This document shows, piece by piece, positions 1 through 12,774 of a stretch of DNA of 64,000 nucleotides. This DNA is from Rhynchopus sp. YZ270_cl-10 (taxonomy: Eukaryota). Each line of letters opens with the position of its first letter. Within the stretch, counting starts at the first letter, position 1. Under the pieces are notes generated by a model that was not told the origin of the DNA, did no database searches, and saw only the letters and a list, made by a program, of their open reading frames with translations. The position numbers were made by a program, and so were the translations under genes. Where the stretch lies: positions 682,001 to 746,000 of the forward strand of contig OZ037842.1 of NCBI GenBank assembly GCA_964035575.1, in the 5' to 3' direction.

Positions 1-2243
1 ACATGTGTGCGCAAAAACACGCTATGGTACCTTTACTAAGGAAACCCTGGTTTGCAAAAAAAAAGGGTAAGACAGGGTAAGGTAAATCTGGAAATCCCAC
101 CCAAAAAAAAAAATCTTCGCGGGGTGAGGGCGGCACCTGGGGATTTTCCCTGACCCCCAAAAACCTCGTTTTTGGAACGTTCTGACACAACCGAGTTCAC
201 GGTGGCCTCTCTCTTAAAAAAAGAACAAGTTGTTAACACATTAAACCCACCCTGTATTAGGTGCAATTTTTTTTTTCCTACACAGATTTTACTAGGGGTG
301 CAAAATTTTTTTTTGGTTTTGAAAAAGTCGGGACCCTGGACCCGAATTAGCGACACCCCTGAAGAAAACTGCAAAAAAAAAAAAAAAAAAAAAGAAGGGG
401 AAAAAAACTGGGTAATTCGCTTAGAAAAGCAGGATAAAGAGAAAAAAAACTTGTAAAGACAAAATGCGCTTCTCATACACATCTTAAAAGAGTGGTAAAA
501 AAATGTATCTACAGCATCGCCTGTAAACAGGTTCCCTTGCAGAAAAGAAAACAAAATGTATCGACCTAAAAAGGTGGGGACAAATTTCAGACATCTGCAC
601 AGTATCCTAGTGTGACAGGAAAGTAGGTTTTAATACCCTGCGGTCAAGGAAACGGCAGTTACTTCTCTGTGTTCTGGTTTTTTGTTTCCTACCTTTGTTT
701 CAACTTAGCGATTAGTATGGCACCTTCTTGGGTCGTTGTATCGTGATGGGAGGTTACTTATGTTTTTCAAAATCTAAAAAAGAAAAGGCAGTTTCCATAC
801 TTTGTTGGAGAACCGAATACATCAAGGGGCGTAACACTGCACCCTCTGAAAATTTGAAAAAAAAACAAAAATATAGAAGTTACTCATCACGTATTTTGTA
901 CAACGTAAAAAAATGCGCAAAGCAGAGTGCTAAGGTTTTTGTTAAGACAATCCCCTTGACGTCCTCACAGTAAAAGAACAGTATGGAAGATACACTTCAG
1001 CCAAAAAAAAGTGAAAAATTAAAGAGAGAGAAAAAAACGCTGGAAAAAAAGGGGGTGTCAGTGTGTCGGAAACACAAACACCCCCCAAAAAAATAAAATA
1101 TGATCACCAGACCAATCTTTAGGTGTATCCAAAAGGAGAGGGTGTAACGCAAATGAAGGGTGCAAAATAATATTCTCATTTTTCTTTTTCTTTTTTTTTT
1201 TGTAAATGTCGCAGCAGAAGCTACGGGAGCCTTTTTTTAATGTCTTTCATTTCTGCACCCTCCTCCTTTTTAGTCGTTATTTTCCCTTCTTCCATTTTTC
1301 AATAATCTGGAAATAGTCAGCCGGAGTCTGTACACAGCTGTCACCTCCCCCCTCCATCTCCATAAACTTTCTTTATAATTTGCAAAAAAACCCCCCCCCC
1401 CCCCCCCCCTAGGGGGGTCCGTCCGGCCGTTTTTGCTGTCCCAAACCACTTTTTTTTGTAAAAACCCGCGAAAAACCCGAAAAAACACCCCAAAACACCC
1501 CCAAACCCCCAAAAAATCACCCAAAACCACGAAAAACACACTTTTGAGCACTATTTCGTACTTTATTCTGATTTTTTTGGTGTTTTTTCCCGCTTTTTCA
1601 GCTTTTTTCCTGGAAATATACCCCTTAATATTGCCTATAGAATCCCTGTACTGCTCACTGAGACAGCATAGCGACCAGAGGCTCCTTATTCATCGTACCG
1701 GTGTCTTCGCCGTCAAGGGGTGCACAATCTGCCGCAAATTCCCGCAACTCTGTCTTTGTGAAGAGATGAAGCACTTTAGTGTTGTACTTTTCAAGTTGCT
1801 ACTTCTGGGTGCTTTGCATGGACCTGCCTTTGTGGTGCGCTTTGGTGTGTGCTGCGGTAAGTTCTTCCCTTGAGAGAGACGGAACCCAACCTAGACTGTA
1901 GAGGATGTCTAGGTTCCAGCGACAGTGAGTCGGTGTTGTCGGGGTGCTGGCTCCTTTCGTGGTGGCTTGCAACTTGGTCAAGGACACCGACAACGGATTC
2001 GCACGAATCATTGGTCATAGGAGGAGGCAAGGAAGGCTTTACTGCACTTAGACACAGGGTACGTTGTCATTTTCAGGGACCAAAAAGCCCCAGTAAGTGT
2101 TGCAAGTACGATTTTCCACAGCTCGGGAGGGCTGTCAGGCAGTTCAGAGGGATTTCGACACTTCTGCGACTGCCTGAACACGCCTTTTAGGATTTTTATT
2201 TTGGGTGCGAAATACGTCAAAAGGATGGGGGGAAATACCGTTA

Positions 2244-2807
2244 TTTTAAGCGTTGCAGACACAAAAACACCCTCAAAAACCCCCCAGGGACCCCAAAAAG
2301 CTGCAAAATCCACACATTTCCACCTCGGGACCTCATTGGAGGTGGACTGAGGTGGTTTTTTGGTGTTTTGAATGAATTGGTATTATTTTTTTTTGGTAAA
2401 TAAGTGGTCTTCTGCTAGGCGTTGCATAGCCGTTGCTTAAGTGTTGCATAAGTGTTGCATGGCCTATAAAACCCTCCCAAGTGCTCGAAATGCTATTTTT
2501 CACCCTACATGGGGTCTGGGGGACATTTTCCTGGGTATTTGGACACCATTCCGACTACCTTGGCACTTTTTTGGGGGTTTTCAGGTACAAAAAAAGTCAA
2601 AAAAGTGACTAAAAAAAGGGTACTTTTAAGCGTTTGGGGCACACACACCCACTGCAAAATGCATCTGGGGCCCCCACAGGACCCCTAAAAGCTGTAAAAA
2701 CCATATATTTCCACCCTGGGACCCCACCGGATGTGGACCGAGGTGTTTTTCGGGTGTTTAGAAGGAATTTTGTCTGACTAGAAAATTTTTTTGGTAAGTG
2801 TTGCATT
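2244..2807. repeat. Two diverged direct-repeat copies (~160-180 bp, offset ~380-390 bp), probably a transposon or satellite remnant
   Basis: TTTTAAGCGTT...GGACCCC-AAAAGCTG-AAAA...ATTTCCACC--GGGACC...GTGGAC-GAGGTG occurs in order at ~2244-2404 and ~2624-2807. AAGTGTTGCAT micro-repeats lie between and after the copies. Confidence 0.55.
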
Positions 2808-3188
2808 TTGGCCATCTTGGTGACGATCTGGTGACGCCATTTTTGGAGATTTTTCACAAAAAATCGATTTTTTTTAACCAGGAAAGTCTCTGTAGAGGTT
2901 GTCAGGTGGTTTAATGGGATATTTTCGTGATCCCCAGGGCGATTTGCGGCCAGGTACGACCTTTTTAGTGGATTTCTTCACCTAAATTTCAAAAAAATGG
3001 GTTTGGGACAGCAAATCCTTAAGGAATTCCTTCTACGTGGACCCCCCTACCCCCCCCCCCCCCTATTACATTTGGCCATAACTTCGCTTCTCATTTGTTT
3101 TTGCTTATTTTTGGTATTTTCTTCTTACCTTTCTTTTGGTTTCTTTGGAGAGGCCTTCTTCTTCTTCTTCTCTTCACCCCCTCCTTTT

Positions 3189-4133
3189 TTATTCTTGGTT
3201 TTGAAGAAATTGTTCATTTTTTTCGAGCTCATTATCGTCTTGAGCACGCTCCTCCGCATGGCGTTTGTTGTTGTCGTGATCCTCCTCGCTATAGACCATT
3301 TGGTGCTGTGCCTGTTGGTGCATTATCATCATTTCCTGCTCTTCGTTGATGTGGTGCTCGTTGACGTGGGTCTCACCCATCACCATTTCCTCGTCGTCGT
3401 GGTGGCGGTAGTGAATCGGCTCTTCTGTGAGGTATTTCTCAGCGGAGGGAGGATTCTGATCTTGTTCATCTTCATGAACCGGGCGGTGCTCGTGGATGCT
3501 GTGTTCCATGGAGTGGTCGTCGTGGTGATCATGCTCGATTCCCTCCATATGCTGTGCAATCATCATCTCATCCGCAAAAATATCAGCATGTTCCCCTGAA
3601 GCATGCACATTCTCCAGATGCACTTCACTACTGTTCAGCGGCGCTCCGGTCACATCCTTCTCTTCAGTCACCCTCTTTGAAATCCCTTCGCTAGGATCAT
3701 GAAAGATCCCTGTGTTGGTATGGTCAACAACGTTCCTATGGTGGTCAACCTCCTCAACGTGATGAGCAGCACGAAGCTGTTCTTCGTGATCCGCATCGCT
3801 GACGGTAGAAACTTCAATCAAAGAAGGTGATTCAGTGTCAACAGCAAAAGGCACAATGGTGTCCATCTGGATCGGTTTTAGGCTAGGCTTCACTGCCATT
3901 TCGGTTGGGGAATAACGCAGTTTAACCATAGTGTTGTTATGCTTCTGCGGGCCAAACGCAACCGATCCCCAGTACAGCAGAATAATAGCAAGAAGAAGAC
4001 ACCCCATCACTTTTGGGAGCACCGTCATCGGGCTGCTGATCTGGTCATGGTCCTTGTGTACGTCCATTTCAATGACAACATGAGAACACTGCTCCTTAGA
4101 GCGGATCATCTCACTGGAGGCTCCACGACGCAT
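3189..4133 (-). CDS. Single-pass membrane protein with His/Glu-rich low-complexity C-terminal region; true 3' end uncertain
   Basis: 314-aa ORF after a polypyrimidine tract, with hydrophobic segment VMGCLLLAIILLYWGSVAF and HDHHDDH/HHDDEE tracts. Coding-like K/E-rich sequence continues past the stop to a possible GTAAGA donor near 3129. Confidence 0.6.
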   Translation of the reverse strand: MRRGASSEMIRSKEQCSHVVIEMDVHKDHDQISSPMTVLPKVMGCLLLAIILLYWGSVAFGPQKHNNTMVKLRYSPTEMAVKPSLKPIQMDTIVPFAVDTESPSLIEVSTVSDADHEEQLRAAHHVEEVDHHRNVVDHTNTGIFHDPSEGISKRVTEEKDVTGAPLNSSEVHLENVHASGEHADIFADEMMIAQHMEGIEHDHHDDHSMEHSIHEHRPVHEDEQDQNPPSAEKYLTEEPIHYRHHDDEEMVMGETHVNEHHINEEQEMMIMHQQAQHQMVYSEEDHDNNKRHAEERAQDDNELEKNEQFLQNQE

Positions 4134-4797
4134 TTTGGTTTAAAATTGGGGGAAAATCAGAAAGGGGAAAAAAAAAAAATGTGTAATATAGGCAAATAAT
4201 GTTGTCCTGGAATAAGGGGAAAATGTGGTATAAATCTGACAAGAAAATGGGCGTCGGATCTGGGTTTGATTCGCGGTGTTGTTTGCAGGAAGGTGTGAAG
4301 GTGCGATGGGGTGCGTGGGAACTCAGATACAGCGAGACAGGAAACCGGGTCAAAATTTGTGAGGTGGTAACATGGATCTTCTTGTTGCGTGGTGGCCAGT
4401 CAAGGTAGAAGGAAATCAGTCCAATACCCCATGTAGGTTGTCGTAGGTTGTTGGTTTGGCACATAACCCCTGCGTTCGTACTCCTTCAGCTGCCTCACAA
4501 TCTCCTTCGAATCTTGTCGTACTTCGTGGTGGCACCCACAAGCTGTCGTGACTTTGCGTACGGACGGATGCACCTGACAGCAAGGTTCCGCAGGCCGAGG
4601 GAGGTTGTAAAAAAACAAAAAAAAAGAGCGGAGGATGGGGGGCTGTTAAAATGGAATGAAATCGCGAAGAATAAAGGGGTAGACATTGATGCAGGCAGAC
4701 ACCTCCAGATGACCACGTACAATGCCAGCCCCGGATGGAAACACAATAACAAAAAAAATGCTGTGAAATTGCCTTCACTCGATGTGTACCTTTTAAA

Positions 4798-4839
4798 AAA
4801 GTTGATAAGATGAGCCCAAGCTCGTGCTTAGCCACCTTT
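4798..4839 (-). repeat. Interspersed hairpin module C, directly preceded by AAAGTTGA
   Basis: + strand AAAGTTGATAAGATGAGCCCAAGCTCGTGCTTAGCCACCTTT, similar to the copies at 17399, 37765 and 40653. Confidence 0.65.
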
Positions 4840-5087
4840 CTTTAAAAGAGCGAGGGGGGGTATGAAAGGGGACACACGGCGATAATTGAGAGGGGGTTTT
4901 TTTTTTGAAGATTGGTTGAGTAGCAAGCGCCCGACACCTGAGGATGCGCCACTCTTTTTTGTCAAAAAAAATTTTTTTTCACCGTGTTCCATTTCGCTTT
5001 TTCTGTTAGAGGGCTGACGCACGATGCACGTCAGCGGCTCTCCAGGTTAGTTAGAGGTATATTGGGGGTCTCTGGGAGAAAAAAAAA

Positions 5088-5155
5088 GTTGAAAGCGCAA
5101 ACGCCTCACCATTCATCGCCGCAGGCACTGCAAAAAAATAACTTGAAATACAGCC
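5088..5155 (-). repeat. Interspersed module A followed by a partial module B
   Basis: GTTGAAAGCGCAAACGCCTCA (5088-5108) is identical to 17355-17375; ACTTGAAATACA starts at 5141. Confidence 0.7.
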
Positions 5156-5197
5156 GTACATCCACTTCGAGAAGCCTTTACACAGCCTCCTCTTCCC

Positions 5198-6295
5198 TCA
5201 CATTTCCACCCGCATCACGGCGACGTCGTCTGCGTCAGAGTAGAACATCCAACGGCCACATTTTGTTAGGAAAAAATTCGTTGCGCGTTCGTTTATTGGC
5301 ATGCTTCCCATGCGCTCTCCGGTAGTTGAGTAGAACTGCAACTCCTCTGGGGTACGTGCCAGGATGTAGTCACCCCTTGGAGAGATCAGTGGTGCTGCGT
5401 CAAGGTCGAAGCTGTGCACCTCTGCACGGAGAGGCACGTTCCACACCTTGATAGGTCCGTTGAGACAGGCGCTGACCGCGGTCCGCCCATCCTCTGTGAC
5501 AGAGAACCTCTGCACAACCGAGGTATGCCCCTTCAACGCGGCCTGCTTCCCTGACACGATATCCATCAGCACAATGTCCTCATCCGCACCACACGCAATA
5601 CTCCCATCCACCGCACCAAACAGAGCACGCAGATAACAATCATTCCCCCACAGCTCTCTTGGGGTTTTATTATCATTTTTCAAATCCCACACCCGAACAA
5701 TATTTTCAAGCCCCAAAGATACTCCGAATCCACACAACGTAAAGCAAACGTACATAGCAGAACTGTCGAATAGGGTGTGGGAAGCGCTTCCTGAAGTGGT
5801 GTATACAATAATTTGACCGGTTTCCAAGCAAGCAATGAGAAGCGTACTGCAAGGGGAATATCTGAGGTCGGAGGGTCTGGCAGGGTGTTGTGTTGTCCAA
5901 AGGCAGAGCGCGGTTTCGGTGTCGTAGGTAGTAAAGGTGGAAGGCTCGTGGCGATCGGGGAGCCTTCGCCCTGCGATCGTAAGAAGAAGGGAGCTTGGGG
6001 ACACAGCGAGGCACGGTGCATTGGGGCATGCTGCGTAGCTGCGAGGATGCAGGTTGGGCCCGACACTGACAACGTCCACCTCACTCCCACACTGCAACGT
6101 CGTATCGCACAACGCAACCTCATCACCACCCACATCCTCCTCACATCCACGCAGACGTACACACAACTCAGGGAAGCCCACATCGCAACCCACCTCCCGC
6201 AACACCTTCACCTTAAGACTCCCCACAGTCTCCTCCGGCACTGTACTAATAATACACTCCCTACCATTAGGGGTAAAACAACAGGATAAATCCAT
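5198..6295 (-). CDS. Ubiquitin-like domain + WD40-repeat protein
   Basis: N-terminal ETVGSLKVKV...LCDTTLQCGSEVDVV is Ubl-like. WD signatures include VRVWD and LKGHTSVVQRFSVTEDGRTAVSACLNGPIKVWN. Confidence 0.75.
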   Translation of the reverse strand: MDLSCCFTPNGRECIISTVPEETVGSLKVKVLREVGCDVGFPELCVRLRGCEEDVGGDEVALCDTTLQCGSEVDVVSVGPNLHPRSYAACPNAPCLAVSPSSLLLTIAGRRLPDRHEPSTFTTYDTETALCLWTTQHPARPSDLRYSPCSTLLIACLETGQIIVYTTSGSASHTLFDSSAMYVCFTLCGFGVSLGLENIVRVWDLKNDNKTPRELWGNDCYLRALFGAVDGSIACGADEDIVLMDIVSGKQAALKGHTSVVQRFSVTEDGRTAVSACLNGPIKVWNVPLRAEVHSFDLDAAPLISPRGDYILARTPEELQFYSTTGERMGSMPINERATNFFLTKCGRWMFYSDADDVAVMRVEM

Positions 6296-7382
6296 TGGGA
6301 GGTTTCGTTAGCTGGATTTGAAGAGAAAAATGGGGGAGGAGGGGGAGGGGGAGGGGGAAAGGAAGGCAGGTAGAGAGGGGGAGCGGTGCATTTTTTTTTG
6401 GGAAACAATACTAATATTTTCGCAAACAGTAGGGAGGGGGGAGTGTGGAATATAAATATTTTTTTGAGGCAAACAATCTAGATATCCTCGTAATGGGTTT
6501 GTTCTGGTTTTCTTTTGGTTGCTGGGAAAATAATTATAATAAAATTGCAGATATCTCTGCAGGGGGGGAAAACCCCCTTTTTGTTTTGATTTTGTGATTG
6601 ACAAAACAAACCAAAAGGAAGGAGAAAATGTTCTGTAACATATGCATCACGTTCCTTAGTTATCTAAAAAGGAAGAGAGTACTGAATAGAACAGTGTCAT
6701 TCAAAAAGGGTTCGGCTGCATACCAAATACCAAGGGAAAAAAGAGAGAAAAAAAAGTCCAATATTTCATATTCTCGCTCGCTTAGGATCAGCCCTTTTGC
6801 GGGCAGATTCTTTTTTATTGTAGTATCGACAATCACCTGTCCGAGGACGGGGTTCTGTACTTTGAATATTAACAGGACATACACACCCTTTCCCACGCTT
6901 TTGAACCCCCACCCAATTTGCGTCTATTACTAAGTTCTAAATTTCTATGGTAGCTGAAAAGGGGGGCGAAAGTGGGGAGGGAGAAGTATTGGTGCCAAAG
7001 CACCCCATGCATCGTATTGGTGTAGCGTTTTAGGGGCAGAAATGCGTGTCAAGACACCACATTTCCCGCTGGAGAAATGAGGGTTTTTTGTATGGGAAAA
7101 CTACGTGAGTACTAATGGTGGGAATCTGACTCCCTTTTTGGTGTTTGCATCATTCCCAATGGGGGGAGCATGTCCACATAACATAACATAACACGGTGTC
7201 AATCTGAAGATTCATTGCTGCCATTCATAAAGCGGGTCTGTATTCTATAAAAAGAGCATGGTAAGGGGGGAAGGACACACACAGCTAGCGTCGTTTGCAT
7301 AGGGGGTGGCTATACAAAAAAAACGCAACGTTAATACGCAAAACAGATCCACAAGATGCAGGGCAAGAAGGGCAAACCCCTC

Positions 7383-9923
7383 CTACAGCATTCCGCTCCC
7401 CCGCGAACGGCGTGATGCTGCTCTTTGCAGGATATTGCTGTGATTGAGATTTTTTGAAAGAAATATACAATTGTCAATTGGCAGCACTGCTATTTGAAAA
7501 AAAAATGAAATCCAAAGAGACGTGAAGCAAAGGTGTTTTGGACATAAACCCCGTTATTTGCGCATTTTTTTGCGGTCGTGGAGGCCAAACCGAGGGGGAA
7601 ATACATACTCTCCATCCTCCTCTAGCTTCTGCAGTGTGCTTGAGAGATCGTCCTTTGCACTGGGTGCACCTGACACCACTGACGTGCGTCTGCTTCCCAT
7701 ACCCGAGGGTGGGGGCGGCGGAACACTGCCGGACACGGACACTGGACGTGACGCTCCACCTGCGACGGACGGTGGCTTGGATGCTGCTGGTGTGCCTTGT
7801 GGTGTTGCCGAGGGTGTTGCTACGTAGGCAGGCTCATCTGCAGCGGAGTCTGCTGTTGGTGCTGGCGGGAGGGATGTGTCCCCCGAGGTGAGGTTCGGTG
7901 CATCGCCAAGCGAGGGCTGCGAAAGCCCTGAGAGGTCAAGCTGTTTCTGCACACCACTACTGTCGTGCGCAGCGGGGGTTGTGTTCGCGAGGTGCGCAAT
8001 CTCGCTGACATGCTTCTTGGCAGCCTCCACATCAGACACACCCATGATGCCTGCCAACTGCTCCACACGACGCAAATTGCGTTGCACCGGAAGAGATGAG
8101 GGGTGAATCACTGCACGTCTTGACTCATCGTACTCTCGCTGTCTCCTTTCTGGTGAGGTTTCGTTCGAAACGACCCCTGGATGCGGGAAGTCGGTCATGA
8201 CGTCACGGTCAAAGGTTGTTTCAACGTCCTTCTGCTGAGCACGGCGATGCAACTCTGCATCAGAAAACATCCATTTGTCAGGCACGTCGTACCTCGTCTT
8301 GACTAACTCATTTTCCATAGTGGAGAGGCGGTACTTATAGTCGCCCCATTGGTTTTCAATGCTCCGATCAGGGGACCCTCGCTGCTCTTCCAGATACCCC
8401 ACAGGGCGGGTGTGCTTCTTTTTGCGCGCCTCACTGCGTTGCACATCCTTGAAACGCTCTTGATGCATCCTCTCCCGCCTCACAAACTCCGGCTCACAAG
8501 AATCTGCGGCGGCCAACAGATCCACCCTCGCCCCTCCCCTTCTCGTTGACCCTGGGGATGCAGATCTTCCTGGCGCACGCCTTGCGCTTCCCTTTGCTTT
8601 CCGTCCGGCCATTGGACTTCTACTTCTGCTCCGACTTCTGCTGTGACTCAGCTCTCTGTCGACATGGGTTTGCAGGTCTATGGGGGTGTCTTTGATTTTG
8701 AATAGACTGCTTAACGAGGCTTCTGCTGCGGTGTATGCTCTGCTTGGTTGGAATGAAGCAGCGTCGACTGCTTCGAGGCCGTCAGAGAAGGCTGAGTCGT
8801 CAAAGGGGGGGCCACGTTGGGTTTCGTAGACAGCGTCCTCTGCGGCGAGGATGACTTGGTTGTTTGGAGCGACAGCGGCTGCAGCTGCGGCAGCGGCGGG
8901 GGGGTAATTCACATTGATTGGCGAAGGGGCAGGGTTGTGTCCATTTCTAGGGGGCCCGATGGAACCGACAGTACGGCGGGGGACTCCACCTACACCACCT
9001 ACGTCGCTATGGGGTGTGACAGAGATAGGGTGTGAAGAGGAACGGCTAGGAGGCATAGGGGGCTCCATTCTCCGCTCCTGCGAAGGGTTAGAGGAGTATA
9101 CCCCAGGAGTGGATCCCAGGTGTGTTGGGGTGTGCGGTGGGTTTCGTGCAACGCTCTGTGGTCCTCTCTGGCCCTGTCGTAGAACACCTTCAATGAGATG
9201 TAGGGTGTTGTTCGAGGCCGCCCATTCTGCAGCAGTTTTGCCTGCTCCACGTTGTTCTGGGTCTGCGCCGTTTGCTAGAAGCAGTGCAACGACATCCGCA
9301 TTGCCTTGATACGAGGCTATCATAATAGGGGTCACCCCAGCGTTGGTTGCCTTATTCGGCATCGCCCCTGCGGCAAGCAGCATGGAGACAATGGTGGGGT
9401 TGTTCTGCTGGCTGCTGATGAAGAGTGGTGTAGCGCCGCTTTCTTTTGCGAAGTTTGGGTCCGCACCATGCTGTAGCAGGATGTTTACGACATCGAACTG
9501 ACCGTTCTGTGCTGCCACGTATAGCGCAGAGACACGCCCATGGGTTTTAATGCTGGAAGGGCTTGCGCCACGTTGACATAAAAACTCAACCACCGAAGGG
9601 TGTCCCGCCTCAGATGCAAGCCACATCCCAGTACACCCATCCTCCTGCGGTGAGTCTGTAGGGAACCCTTCAATGGCAGCAAGGTCACGTACCGTAGCAA
9701 TGTGCCCCTGTTGGCAGGCCTTCCGGAAGGCGACAAGCTGCGGGCTGTTTGGATCCCCTGCGCGGAAGGGCACCTCGCGGACAGGGGAGCGCCGTGAGCT
9801 GACCTCGCTCCGTTGCTGCGAGTACTGCTGGGAGTGCTGCGAGTTGCTGTACTGGTCGCCGTAGTGTGGTTGGTGCTGCTGCTGCCTGTGCGGGTGCTCC
9901 CCATACACGGCAGGGAAACTCAT
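7383..9923 (-). CDS. Ankyrin-repeat protein with long disordered C-terminus (2 exons, ~789 aa)
   Basis: Ankyrin repeats such as SALYVAAQNGQFDVVNILLQHGADPN and GATPLFISSQQ. Likely start is ATG 9923. A predicted phase-2 intron at 7438-7608 (GTATGT...CACAG) gives terminal exon 7383-7437 (DNILQRAASRRSRGSGML*); the unspliced ORF would stop at 7554. Confidence 0.8.
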
Positions 9924-10456
9924 TTCAAAATTTTGTGAATTTTGTGTATTTTCTGGAGGAATGGAGAGGGGAGGGGAGGGGAGGGGAAGGGAAGGGGGTG
10001 AGGAGATTGCTGTAAACGGGGTAATAGGGTGGGGAAGTTGTTTTGGGGGGTGTTTAGGGCAACTTTCGTGCGTTTTTTTTTTTTTTTGGGGGGGGGGGTG
10101 GGGGGGTTTGGGTGTCTTGTATTTATTGAGGACAAAACGGTTTAAAAAAAAATGGGGAACAATCGTGGTGCTGTTCACTGAACAGCAATGAAAACAGATT
10201 TGTGAACAGTGGGGGGGGAGTATTTTTTTAGTTGAAAAGGGTGTGATGGAAGTGAACGATCACACAGATGACAAGCGCCACCCGTATAGTCGCTCACTTT
10301 TTCCTTTTTTATGTACAAAAAGGGGTCAAAAAAAATAATAGAAAATGCCCATCAGGATGTTCGTCTCAAGGTAATGGGTGAACAAAAGTTATTAGGGTTG
10401 TGGGGTAGGAACAGCAAAGGGGGGTGGGGAAACGCTTGTGAAGCGTGGGGGCGCGT

Positions 10457-12031
<1,575 letters not shown>

Positions 12032-12442
12032 TCAGTATTTTTTTGTTCTTTTTATATTGTTGGAAAATTCACCAGGATTTCTCTGTACCTAATTCCTGGT
12101 AACTCCCTTATTCCAAAAAGGAAACGAGGATGCAGTCACTCATCAGAAATGTTACCATTCCCGCCCCCCAAAAAGAAAAAAGAAAAAAAAAGAAAAGAAA
12201 AACTGCCGAAAATGTAACCCACTCTCAACTTTTTCCCCACAACAATCGCGCCGGAAGAGGTTTAGTCTTCAAAAGAAATGGGATATGAATTGGAAGCGCG
12301 CAATCCCCATCCTTCGCGTCGCCGTGGTTCAAGAGAAAAACAGAGGGTATTGGGGGGAAGATCGACAAAAAAAAAGAGAGAAAATAAAACTTGTACGACA
12401 ACTGTGCCTCTCATGCACCTAAAAGCGTACCTGCCCTCCCCG

Positions 12443-12634
12443 TGTATATGTCCTGTGCGCATGTCCGTGTTCGGACATATACAATGTTTTCAGACATATG
12501 CACAGTTCAGGTAGTAGACTACAGTGTACAGTGGCAAAAACCCATTCCGAGCTTTCCGTCAGGTACGTTGGCGGGGCATCTCCTCATATGTGTATATGTC
12601 CGGAAAATTTTCATAGAAGTGCCGGACAAATACA
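12443..12634. repeat. Two related inverted-repeat units, TGTATATGTCC-n(19-22)-GGACA(T/A)ATACA
   Basis: Arms at 12443-12453/12473-12483 (perfect, 11 bp) and 12591-12603/12622-12634 (12/13 match). Confidence 0.7.
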
Positions 12635-12774
12635 TATCAAAATGGGTGGGTAGGTTTTAAAAAAAATCAATTGGCAAAACCATGCGTTTTTTCCGCATCG
12701 ACAAAATCGTTATGTCAAAAGACATAGTTTCTTTGTTTTCTTTTTGTGTGTTGGTGTTGGGCGTTCCCTCGAGC

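Noticed and set aside
1..3200. Homopolymer-rich stretch with many short ORFs and an apparently premature stop in the 3189-4133 gene
   Set aside because: Looks like low-complexity or poorly polished sequence, so no gene, recoding or editing claim is supportable
4400..4752. GC-richer segment with short overlapping ORFs
   Set aside because: No coherent frame, splice model or homology recognised
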